Positions 53,601 to 64,000 of a stretch of DNA of 64,000 nucleotides are shown here, in pieces. The position numbers and the translations under genes were made by a program. The first letter of the stretch is position 1. Each line of letters begins with the position of its first letter. Source of the stretch: Kondoa subrosea (Eukaryota); assembly GCA_039545335.1 (NCBI GenBank), contig BCIN01000003.1:992001-1056000 (forward strand), read 5' to 3'. The notes beneath the pieces were generated by a model. It was not told the origin of the DNA, ran no database searches, and saw only the letters and a list, made by a program, of their open reading frames with translations.

Positions 53601-54563
53601 GTTCGCTGTGACCTCGTCCAAAGAGTCTTCAGATATATACTTGAAGTGATGGAGGATAGAGACCAGATGTAAATCATCTATTTGCTCACAAGAAAGTATT
53701 GAGATGCCAATTGAGTCGGTGAGCATTTGGGAAAGAGAGGTAGAAGCAGTGGAGGAAGGAGCAAGGGATGAGCGGCTAGTAGAGCTACAGGATGGTTGTT
53801 GATGCTTTGATGAAAGAGGTGGTCGAGGGGTTGAACGAGGTTGAGTAGCTTGAAACGTGGTTTCCAACAATTCAAAGATAGCCGGCGTGTAATGACTATG
53901 TTCTCGTTTAAGATTGATAATTGGCGCTGACTGTTCTTGAGCGTTTATGTGAGTGATTGTAGTGATAATCGCGCCTTCTCCTTCTTCGATGATTTCGCGG
54001 ACATCCGCAATCTGAATAACGCAGCTGAGAGCTTTTGCTAGACAAGTGATTGCCAATGTGTCGGCCCAAGTACTGGTCTTTCCCATCTCCCAACGCCAAC
54101 GAACTTGCAATTCATCAGCAGTCCAGTTCTCCTCCGTTTCCGCCCACTCTCGAAACATTTCATCATATCTTGTGGTGAATAATCCAAGATCTTGAGCCTG
54201 CCAGTCAATGTCGGCCTGGTTGATGCACAGATTTCTTAATTCATCCGCTAAGTTTCGATCTACGTTGCCCGAAAGTGCGAACCCGACAGAGGTAAAGAAG
54301 CAGGAACCATCCGGAGGAACTTCAGCTCTTGTTGTGACTGATATCAGATCTACGCGATAATCTTCTTCCGGTATTAAAGCAGTGTTGGGTTCAACCGCAG
54401 CATTTACTTGAAAGAGGTTACGAAGCAGAGGATAATCTTGTCCTAAGTGCCGTTCGTCTAAAGAGTAAGAGCATCTCGCTTCTTGTCGAGAACGCTTCGA
54501 AGTTGAATCTGGCAAAGAAGGTGAACAAGCTCTCTTGCTAGGTGTAGCAGCGGGGAAAGCCAT
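50674..54563 (-). CDS. ~1247-aa multidomain protein: OTU-like cysteine protease + two tandem serine-recombinase (resolvase-like) domains + Cys-rich putative Zn-binding tail
   Basis: OTU motifs EVPPDGSCFF, TWADTLAI, HSHY. SR1 CVVYARTS...ESVARQ...NIDRLTRR. SR2 IVILSRTS...SIMRQREFL...SIDRLART. Predicted GT-AG introns 53220-53173 (48 nt), 51412-51362 (51 nt) and 51091-51045 (47 nt) join three ORFs into one 3744-nt frame. Confidence 0.8.
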
Positions 54564-55503
54564 TCTATCAGGACCTGAACTGTCAGCAAAGCTGATTAGC
54601 TAAAGCCAAGAACCTACGTGTCCTAATACAGCAGCTTGATAAGTAGCGAAGGCGAGCGTGATCTGCAATCTAGATTTGAGTGTTGTACATCGTAGGATAG
54701 CTAGAAAACTGACAAGGTGCTTGATTGATGCAGTGCGAACATACGAGGCTGAGAAACGCGCAAAGCTTGAACGAGCGGTTTCGCAGATGAAGAATAAGCG
54801 CAAGACCATTGAAGGTTCTCCAGAACAACCTGTGAGTGTGCGAAAGCTTGACAGAGGTCTTCGCTAAGCATTGCAAACACATCTGAGGCATCGCTGAGCT
54901 CTTGACATAGCCCTAGCGAATCTTGCAAGCCAAATCATCGCTCCGCGTTTCCTTCCAATTTCTTCCCTCTTCCTCTGTGGCTCTTGTCATTCTTTTCGCG
55001 TGTGCAGATGCAGCACGCTGGCATGTTGTTGCGTGAGTCGCTCAATCAAGCGACGGAAGAATAACGAGCATTTGATCTATCGTCCTCTTTCCTTCAACTT
55101 CTTTTGGGCTGAGCAGCGACAGCTTTCATATGATCTCTCTCTTCCTTTCCATTGCATCACTTTTGGGAAGTCCGGGTATAAGGTCGTTACGCTGTTGGGA
55201 CAGGCACGGCTTGAATCGAGTGGTGGTGTGATTCGTCGGCTAACGGGCAACAGCCGTGTCACAAAACCTATCTCGTCTGAAAGCTAGGACGCTGTTCTGT
55301 CCGCTGTATCCCCAGCAGATTGATTCTGGACTCCGGGAATTGGTGCAAACCTGGATTGTATTTGGTTTTGTTTTTTTTCTGTATTCACATATCTTTGCCT
55401 CTGTCTCGATGACAATCGCCTCTTGTCGATAGTGGCCATCCAATTCGCTGTATGTTTCACGCAGATCGATGTCTGCTTTTCTCATGTGATGATCTTCTGA
55501 AAG

Positions 55504-56730
55504 CATCACCATGGACGACGAACCTTCTATCACACGGCTCATGGTAGTCTAGCATACTTCCTCTTCTTCTATTTGATTGCGCAAGTCGGATGCGGCATCT
55601 TTCTCAAACCTTATGAATGGAAGATTGATTCGCGACCTCGCGCTTAGCGCATAGTCAGTTCGGCAAGATCTTTCCTGTATTGAAATGCATATAGATTGTG
55701 CTTGGTGCTATAACAGCTCTCGGATGTAAGCTACCTTCGTCTACTGTTCGCCTGGAGCTGACAATGGTATTTAGTCTGTATGTTTGAAGCAATAACTTTT
55801 CCTGTCGTCTTGTTTATGAGACTCGACGTCTATAGGCTTCAATGATCCACCTCCAGATGACTACCTGGGCCAATGTCTTGCTCAGTGAGCTGTCTGATAA
55901 CCAAGTCAACACTTGAAAGTGATGCCTCTTTCAGCTTCATCATGGGTAGCGCCTTTCAAGCTTATGGCATCTGTCTTCTCATCATGATAAGATACGGCCA
56001 ACCTTGGCTGGCGAAGCGAAAGACTAGCCAGGATTATTTGGATAGCTGGATGATCATGTGCTGGGGTATTGTCGGTCTCTCATCACTTTCGTCGCATTCG
56101 AGCCTTATAACGCTTATTAGATCAATACCTTTACGATGCACAATTTCTTTGGCTCAGAATCGCATTGGTTGCACAAAGGTGGGCAATATTGCAGTGTATA
56201 TGTGACCAATACATTGATTCCAACTATGCAGCATACGACGATGGTAAATTAGGCAAACTCTATACAGCATTCATGATCGGCTGATGCTTGAGCTTTAGGG
56301 TGTCGTCTGGTGGATTTCTGGCGCTGCTGGAATCTGAATGGGAAGGAACAGCCAAAGAAACGGTGAGTGATTACGCAACGCTGAATGATCAAAGCTCAGA
56401 TTAATTCCAGTCATTCCTGCATTAGTCATGGGTACAACAGGTCTAGCGATGGGATCTCATGCACAGAGTGATATGCTAGCTACGGTAAATCTACTTGCGA
56501 TCAGTATTAATCTCGCTCAATCCCTTTGTCAGATGGTTCACAAGATCTTCGGCATGACTTTGGCGCTATTTGCAGCAGTGCGAATAGTAGAAATTAGCTT
56601 TTTGCTCAAAGACAGCCATGCTGTTCAGTCACCTTCTTCTTTCCACTATCTTTCGCCCCTACAAAAAAAAAAATTGTTAGACCGTAGTCTAATCCACTCT
56701 GATCATGCGTGTCATCCTTGTGCAGGGGCC

Positions 56731-56762
<32 letters not shown>

Positions 56763-56970
56763 TTGTGTGTACATCAAAAGATGACAAAATCCGGAATGTT
56801 TGCAGGCCCCTATATATACTTTGTTTTGCAGAGCTGTAGCTTTTACTCTGCGAAGAAGATACGAGGAAGGCTGAGGATCTGATGAGGGCAGAGCGAGAAG
56901 AGCGGCCGCTCAGATAGACAATCCGCTCGACTGCAAAGACAAAAGCTATCTGGGAAACGGAGGAATGAGG
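55504..56970 (+). pseudogene. YTP1: YTP1-like (DUF2427/Ytp1) membrane protein, apparently 5'-truncated with premature stop
   Basis: HHHGRRTFYHTAHGSLAY, DDYLGQCLA..FIMGSAFQAYG, QHTTM|GVVWWISGAAGI*MGRNSQRN (TGA at 56335-56337), IPALVMGTTGLAMGSHAQ, MVHKIFGMTL. An A11 run at ~56663 and further stops lie near the end. Confidence 0.7.
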
Positions 56971-58194
56971 CATCAAAGAAAACGAGAAAAACATTCATCG
57001 AAAAATGATCGGCTGCTCGATTGAATTGACGACCAGGGCGCGTCATGCGCATAATATGTCATGCGCATGCGCAATGCTGTCCTGAGGGCGTACTTGGAGG
57101 CTAGAAGACACACTGAAACCTCTGAGCGTGTCATTTACTGCTGTTAAGCGAATATGCGTTTAAATGTCTGGCGCGAGCTACACAGAATTACTTGCACAAG
57201 ATTCAGCTAAGACTTAGCTCTTGAGGTGCTGTAAATCTGACAAGACGGAAAGGACCTGGGAAGCTGGGCGAGGATTTAGTAATGTGAGAGATTTTTGTCT
57301 CCTTTAGCTCCTAGCAGCAAGGCAGCCCTATCGCGCCTGGAACAAGGTGAACTATGTAAGTCCAGCAGAGATCTTTCATTCACTTGTATCACTGCAAGCA
57401 GTAGCGAGAATGAGGGCCAATAATCGAAAGTTCACGACACTTCGGACAAGGACAGAATTGTGCAATCATATGGATGAGCCTCGAGATTGTTCTGGAAGGG
57501 ACAACATCGTGTAATATGCGAAGCAACAGAATACAGGACAAATTCGTGTGATGTAGGAAGGCAAGAGAATACAGCAAGTAGCAGTGAAGGAACATCGATC
57601 AATGCTTTGTCTCAAGGCAAGCTTTCCTCTGTGCCAAATCAAGGAGCTGGTCCCTTCATCTGTGCATACAGTTGCACCTTTGAGAAGGACGAGAAAAGGG
57701 GGGCGGCGCAGACAGGCTATGTTCAGGCAACCACCTGATTGCAGCATTGGGACAATTGAAGCACAACGAAGCGGAACATAAATAAGAAGGATGATATAGC
57801 AAGGCCTATTTGAAAGGATGTTGCATAGGCAGGCCAATGTGCCCATGTCAGAATAATGCAAAACATGAAAACATGCTCAGATCAGTTGCAAGGGCAGTCA
57901 TTTCTCCATTGTTATTGCCAAGGATACGAGGATGTAATCGTGACGCAGGTGCGTATGTGATCACTGGCTGAGAATGAGATGCTCTCGACGTTGCGCTCCA
58001 AGCAATTCTTGATCTCGAAACACCACTCAACCGCTCGTTGCGGCTTATATCTGGGTCCTGGGTCCTTGGTCCTTTATACCTAAACTATCATTGTGTCCGG
58101 GCCTCTGCTGTAGCCTAGCCTCGAGAACGCTCGATCGGCTACGAAGCTTCCACTCGAACTCGTCTTTCTTTTTTCCCTAGACTCGTTCAGAGCC

Positions 58195-58945
58195 ATGATT
58201 CCCTCTTACAAACAACTACACGGAGGAGACGCATCTACTTCGGGCATCACAACCAAATTCAATTCAAGCGAACGAGTCATTCCTGAATCCTTAAGACCAG
58301 ACGGAACGTCAGTCTCCTTCGCTAGTCCTTCTATCGCTTATATCTTATCATGAATCGCAATAGAGTAAGGAAAGAAAGGAAAGTTCGACCTGGATTCACA
58401 CCACCTGAAGATGTAGGCAAATACAAGAATGCTAAAGTTTTGGATTGGGAAAAGAAAGCTTTACCTAAAGGTGCTGTTGTTGGCAGACCTGCTCCTCCTC
58501 CTGTCGTACCTGTGGTAGTGAAGAAGAAAAAGGAGAAGAAGAAGGAAGAAGTACCGCCTGATGATTGGGATGTAGAGGAAGTGAAAGTCAAAGAAGAACC
58601 GAAGGAGATTGATCCGGAGAAGAGAGTCAAGGCATTGACGAAGAAGCTGAGACAGGTCAGCAGCGTCTCAGTAGGTATAACAGATTGCTGATCCATACAT
58701 ATTGCTAGGCCGAGGCATTGAGGGAGAAAGCAACAGCAGGAGAAACGCTCTTACCTGAACAACAAGCGAAAGTGGATTCGATACCAGCAATGGAAGAAGA
58801 GATAGCGCAACTCTCTTCTGTGGACGATTTGACAGTAAATACAGCTAAGCTAGGCATCAAATCCAAGGAGGAGCTTCAAAGGGAATTAGAGGATCTGGAG
58901 GAGGAGCGGAAGAGACTGCTGGCACAGAGTAATGGAAATGCATGA
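58195..58945 (+). CDS. PYM1: Partner of Y14 and Mago (PYM/WIBG)
   Basis: ERVIPESLRPDGT|VRKERKVRPGFTPPEDV Mago-binding motif; KRVKALTKKLRQ...LLPEQQAKV. Confidence 0.92.
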
Positions 58946-59059
58946 TAGGAATTGGGAAACGCGTGACGTGTAGGATGCTTAATTCATCACGTGCACCTGT
59001 TGACCAAATATAAATAGCTTGTCCTTTCCGCCACTTTCTTTGTCTTTTACCATCCAGCA

Positions 59060-60114
59060 ATGACTACGCAGCACACAGTATCAGTAGCAGAGAACTTATC
59101 AGGTTTATCGCACCACTCCAGACCAGGATAACGCTGCTGACTTGAACTCCGCTGAATCCAGATGAGGATGTCGTTCGTATTGGAGCAATGGTTGCCAAGG
59201 CGTTCGGTAGCTTGTCTCCCGAGATAGATCGTGAGTATAGTGGTCACTATCCAATGATCATATCGCTCATCTAGGGCATCTCCAGCTTTTGGAGTGCAAA
59301 TTCATGGATGTCCAGCAAGTTGTTTGGCAAGCTGCATCGGTCATGGATCTAATCTTCTGTCTCTTAGTATCGGGACAATGTCGAGCGATGGGAAGGTCGG
59401 TCATCTAAGCTTTTTCTACCCCGCAATATACAAACTCATCTTAACCTTTTGCTATAGCTGCATTTCGCGCCAGAGTCGCAGTGGGAAGAGAAGTCGGTAC
59501 AATCTTCACGCTTGAAGACAACAAAGGGGTCGCAATCTGCTTTGGTCCAGGAAAGAGTTTTGATCCCAAGGCTGGCGGAAAATTTGGCGAAGAAGATAAA
59601 GCTTTGCAAGCCAAAGATCCAGCTCGAGATCATTTTCTAGATAAAACAGTAAGGTTACAACTTGTGTATTGTGAATTACAGCTGAAATCCGTGTGAAATC
59701 AGCTCTGGCCCGCTATACATCATCTCGATTCAGAAGTCTTTCCCAACGATTTCACCAAGAAGAACTTTCATCTCTTCATCCTCGCTGTTGACGTCGATGC
59801 GCAACGTCAAGGTTGCGGAGGTGCACTGATAGAAGCGGTTGCTAAGAAGGTTAGCTACCTGAGTCAGTTGCGCTTCGCAAACACTCATGTTGTGCTAGGC
59901 TGCCGAGCATGATTGCGATGTGCTACTGGAAGCGAGCACGAAGCCGAATGTGGGCAACACATCTCCTCATTAAGTGTTACTGAGCTCAAATCTTGCGTCA
60001 CAGGTCGCTTTCTATAAGTCAAAAGGCTTTATACTCGAACGCGCCGGCAAAATTCCTGCTTTCCAGGAAGGAACTCTTGATTGGTACTGTATGCGTCGGC
60101 CACGAAGTCAGTGA
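59060..60114 (+). CDS. GNAT acetyltransferase (tandem paralogue 1)
   Basis: FHLFILAVDVDAQRQGCGGALIEAV, DVLLEASTKPN|VAFYKSKGF; multi-exon. Confidence 0.88.
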
Positions 60115-60638
60115 AGGAAAGATATCCGACTATTTTTGATGCGTTCATTTGAATTTGTATGTGTGCGAATCTTACTACAAGCGCGTTGCTGCCAGCATAC
60201 TGTATTGACGGTGCTGCATTCGATCTATTCTGACTCTCCTATCTCTCTGATTCTTCTGTTTCTTCCTCTCCCCTTCTTCTTCTTCTTCTGTCTGATCGTC
60301 ATAAGACTATGACCACCGCGTTCAAGGTTCGTCTTTCCTCTCTGTGGTTTCTCGCGTAGCGGCGAAGGCACGAAGAATATGAATGCGCACAACATGGCAG
60401 ATCAGTTAGTAAGCACAAGAGACCCAAAGAAGCGAGAGGAAAAGGAGAGCGCTAGCGAAGAGGCTCAGAACTAGCTCGACTACATGTGAGACTCGGATGT
60501 ATTGGGAAATCAGATAACGCGTCTCGTGACCAAAAATAACAGTTGCGGACTGCTTGCTCAGCGAGCAGCGGAGCTAATCGAAAATCTTGTAATCTTGACT
60601 TCCCGCTCGCTCGCTTCCTTGTTCCATAACGTCCAAAT

Positions 60639-61669
60639 ATGGCTATCCAGCATAAAGTATCGGTTGCAGAGAATCTATCAGGTAATTACAACTCTGCCTT
60701 CGATGGTGCTGTCTGTTCAAACTCCGCCGAGGCAGACGAGGATGTAAAACGGATTGCAGCGATGGTAGCCAGATCCTTTGGTAGCCTATCGCCAGAGGTA
60801 GATCGTAAGCATGATACGCATTCTGTGGCCTCTCCAGCTCAGAGAGTGCGCAGGATTTGGGCAACAGATTAATGGGTGTCCTGCAAGTCCCTTCTGTATA
60901 GCTTTTCTATCTACAAAAGCTAATAGCTGTCTCAGTACAAGGGCAATGCTGAGCGATGGGAAGGTCAGTCATTCTTTCGAGCATTGTTGGTTGGGCATTG
61001 TCAATTTGGGTATATAGCTGGATTCCGCGCCAGACTCGCAGTTGCAAGAGCAAAAGGCACAGTATTCACGCTCGAAGATAACAAAGGCGTAGCAATGTGC
61101 TTTGGACCTGGAACAGAGTACGATCCTACGGCTGGTGGACACTTTGGAGAGGAGGACAAAGCCTGGCAAGCTAAAGATCCTGCCCGACATAAGTATATAG
61201 AGGAAGAAGTGAGTCCACTTGATTAAGCGGCTGTTACCTGCTGATCGGTCTGGGTCAGCTCCTTCCTGCTGTACATCGCATGGACGATGAAGTCCATCCG
61301 AATGGATTGACCAAGAAAAGTTGGCAGATCATGATTCTCGCTGTTAGTGTTGATGCTCAAAAGCAAGGATGCGGGGGTGCATTGCTAGATGCAGTTTTTA
61401 AGAGGGTGAGCCCTTTGTCGATGTGCTTTCATGGGTCATTCATCTGTCAACAGGCTGACGAACAGGGCGTTGATGTTATTCTGGAGGCGACCACTGAACC
61501 TAACGTGCAAAGTCTCTCTTCCGCGAACGTTCTCAAGCTGAAATTTTGAGCGGTGCAGGTTGCCTTCTACAAATCTAAAGGCTTCCAAATCGAACATCCT
61601 GGTAAATTACCCGCGTTTGGAGGTGGAACTGCTGATTGGTACTGTATGCGCCGGCCGCGGACTCAATGA
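60639..61669 (+). CDS. GNAT acetyltransferase (tandem paralogue 2)
   Basis: WQIMILAVSVDAQKQGCGGALLDAV, DVILEATTEPN|VAFYKSKGF; same intron positions as paralogue 1 in the alignable exons. Confidence 0.88.
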
Positions 61670-61870
61670 AAGGCATTGCGTTTCTTTTACCGACGACTTA
61701 CCGATTGTTGCACGTTCTTGAGCATCGCTTCTATCGAACGGAATATAGTGTATCGCAGCAGAGCTATGACAACTGTGCTCTTATGCTGCTTTCTCTCTTT
61801 CTCTTTTCTACCTTCATCCTATCTTCAACATCTGCTTTGATTCGGAGGACAACATTGTTTTGTCTTCACA

Positions 61871-62612
61871 ATGCCTACTCGTCATCTGGTACCCCTTTCT
61901 GGTGTCCCTCATACTGTCAAACTGCCAGTGAGCGACTCATGCGAACCTTTCTAAACACAAATTGATTTGTGTCGTCACAGAATGATAGATGGACTGGTAC
62001 ATTTGCTGTCCACAAATCTGACTTCAACTGATTGTATTTGTAGCTCGCTACCAGATCCGTACAGCAGCGGCACGCAAAGCTGCTCTTGCCTTCAGCTTTA
62101 CGGACATAATGACTGATGGTTGTGTTCTGCTTTACCCACCTTCTGCTACGATTTCCACCACAGATACTGCTATCTTTAATCAAGTTCGTTGCTCTTATCT
62201 AGCTGGCTTTGTCGGTGTTAATCTGCTAAGGGATCTACAGGTCTTCAGCGAAGAGGAACTTCAACCTAGCTGGTATTGCATCATCATATCAATCCAGCCA
62301 GAGGTGGTCGACGAAGAGCAAACGCATGTTCTGCTACAGGCCATGATCAACCAGGTATGTACAACTCTCTTCATTGCCGTGAAGGAGCTCATGTTCTTCA
62401 GGCAAGAGAGTCGGGCACCGATATTTTGCTGCAGACCAACAATTGGGATGACGTCAGTCTTCCATGAAGCTTATCGAGCAGTATTAAAACCAGTATAGGT
62501 GTCTTGGTGCAAGAAACGAGACTTCAAATTGCTTCGTACTGATGTAGTTCCTACATCAAAAGGCGACAGCTGGCTATATTCCATGCGCTGGCGAGGGCTT
62601 CGGATATATTAA
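61871..62612 (+). CDS. Diverged GNAT-like protein (tandem paralogue 3)
   Basis: WYCIIISIQPEVVDEEQTHVLLQAMINQ|ARESGTDILLQTNNWDD|VSWCKKRDF has the same exon layout as its neighbours, but the QxxGxG motif is absent. Confidence 0.6.
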
Positions 62613-62713
62613 GTCACCACAGCGGATTGAATAGAGTTCTCATCACATAGAGAAGAAATTAGACCATATAATTACACATATTTCAAAACTACTAGAGTAC
62701 TGTTCTGTTCCAT

Positions 62714-64000
62714 CTAAGCAGCAGAAGCTTCTTCCTTGTCAATCAATTCACCCGAATCGTGCGATCGATTGCCATCTTCCTCTTCTTTGCTGTTGTCCTT
62801 GTTCAGATCAAGGGGTTCCATTACTTCATCCTGTTTTTCAGGGATAGCGGGTAAGACCAAAGGACTCATAGCTGTACTATCTCCCTGTTCATAATCCTGA
62901 TAAGGTATTGTTTCCCGCGTTGAATGAAAAGAGAAACTTACTCCTGCTGGATGGACTAAAGGACTGACTATTGGAGTCATTTGCGGACTATCAGGATTTC
63001 CAGATTGGACTTGAACTTGCAGAGCTTCCATTTCTCTTCTTAGTGCAATGAGTTCTTTCTCAAATCGACGGCCAAAGACCTGTGATTCTTCGGTCAGCTC
63101 ACGATCAGATTGGATTAAGCTGAGGCGTACGGTCAGATAGAAAGATGCTCCGTTCCAGACGGACACAGTAAAGATTCTATTGAATATTAGTACATAAACG
63201 GTCTGACGGTGATTAGACGAACAGAATGAGATAAGCGCTACTCCAAGCGCAAGAAGTGTAGAACCAAATTACAGCAGGGAGCATAGTGATGACTGTGTAC
63301 CTGTATACCTCTCATCACTTCATATCTCCACTGAGATAGAGAGTGAAAAGACATACACGTATTGAGCACACATAAAAGAAACTTCTCTCTTAGCAGGAGG
63401 AATCTTTTGCAAAGTTTTCCCAATCCATCCTCTATCATGCTTCAATAGACTGTACGTCAAAGGTGCTCTGAAATCAGGTATACAAGCTGATAGAGGGCAT
63501 CGAGACGCACTAAGTGAAGGAAGTTACTCTGCCTTGTTTCTCAATCTTTTCCTTCCTCTTGACGATAACGAAATGATAGTAAGCAAATTGCCATGATAAA
63601 TCTATGTTATTTCTGTGTTAGCCTTCTCCTTCTAAGGTCAAACGAAAAAAGAGCCATACAAACGAAAGAAGAGCTCAAGATGGTCTGCCAGATATCTAAT
63701 TTGTCCAATTTCGCAATTGCAGGATAGTCAATCTTAGCGGTAGGATGGAAATGGACTATGCTGGTGAAGAGGAAAGCAGGATACATGTGAATGAAGAGAC
63801 TGTCCAATCATGGATGATCATTAGCTTATATAAGCAGAAGAAAACCCAATGACAGACCTGGTTACTTTATCCAAAGAATGAAAAACGAGTGAATTGCGCC
63901 ACTATTAACCGTATGAGCGACAGATATACTTCAAAGGGGAAAACGTACTGTCGCTACTGCCGAAGCTAACGGACCATGTGATAACGCATAGCAGGCAGAG
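62714..64000 (-). CDS. GPC1: Glycerophosphocholine acyltransferase (DUF2838), 5' part outside window
   Basis: WRNSLVFHSLDKVT|SLFIHMYPAFLFTSIVHF and SVWNGASFY...VFGRRFEKEL. Confidence 0.88.

Larger units (their letters stand above)
46788..55450. mobile_element. Putative integrative element/island at the RAD3 3' end; right boundary uncertain
   Basis: Target-gene tail duplication, recombinase-domain gene, non-coding structured array, decayed ORF and an adjacent truncated host-type gene. Mobility is inferred, not shown. Confidence 0.5.

Noticed and set aside
54658..54867. 69-aa basic, helical-looking ORF upstream of the recombinase gene
   Set aside because: No ATG start, short, and no recognisable family.
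55006..55016. 11-bp match AGATGCAGCAC to the RAD3 tail repeat, as a possible third att core or right boundary
   Set aside because: Too short to separate from chance without an empty-site comparison.
46900..55500. Fanzor/TnpB nuclease partner, as in IS607-type elements
   Set aside because: No RuvC-like motifs were recognisable by eye in any listed ORF; a profile search is needed to exclude a decayed copy.
57050..58100. Short ORFs and palindromic TGCGCATGCGCA-type sequence between YTP1 and PYM
   Set aside because: No coherent gene model; the palindromes are short and low-complexity.

Overview
Eukaryotic, gene-dense fungal DNA with many short (~50 nt) GT-AG and occasional GC-AG introns. The gene style suggests a basidiomycete; this is an inference. 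About 28 protein-coding loci are supported. They include a dual hybrid histidine kinase, DUF1295, a TMEM41/TVP38-like protein, CNS1, NDUFA12, a CBM48 protein, GATA and Zn2Cys6 transcription factors, two F-box/LRR-like proteins, CIA30, GPN3, an O-methyltransferase, RAD3/XPD, PYM, GPC1 and an expanded set of GNAT acetyltransferases. The outstanding region is ~46.8-57 kb, directly downstream of RAD3. It holds (i) a ~115-bp duplicate of the RAD3 3' end 3.55 kb downstream, resembling the att-type target duplication of integrative elements; (ii) between the two copies, a hairpin-dense non-coding stretch with four diverged ~150-175 nt repeats whose base pairing is conserved through compensatory changes; (iii) a spliced ~1247-aa gene that appears to fuse an OTU-type cysteine protease, two tandem serine-recombinase catalytic domains and a Cys-rich tail; and (iv) a 5'-truncated, stop-containing YTP1-like pseudogene. 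Together these suggest a possibly undescribed fungal serine-recombinase mobile element with an associated structured-RNA array. Exon boundaries were read by eye and no database searches were run.
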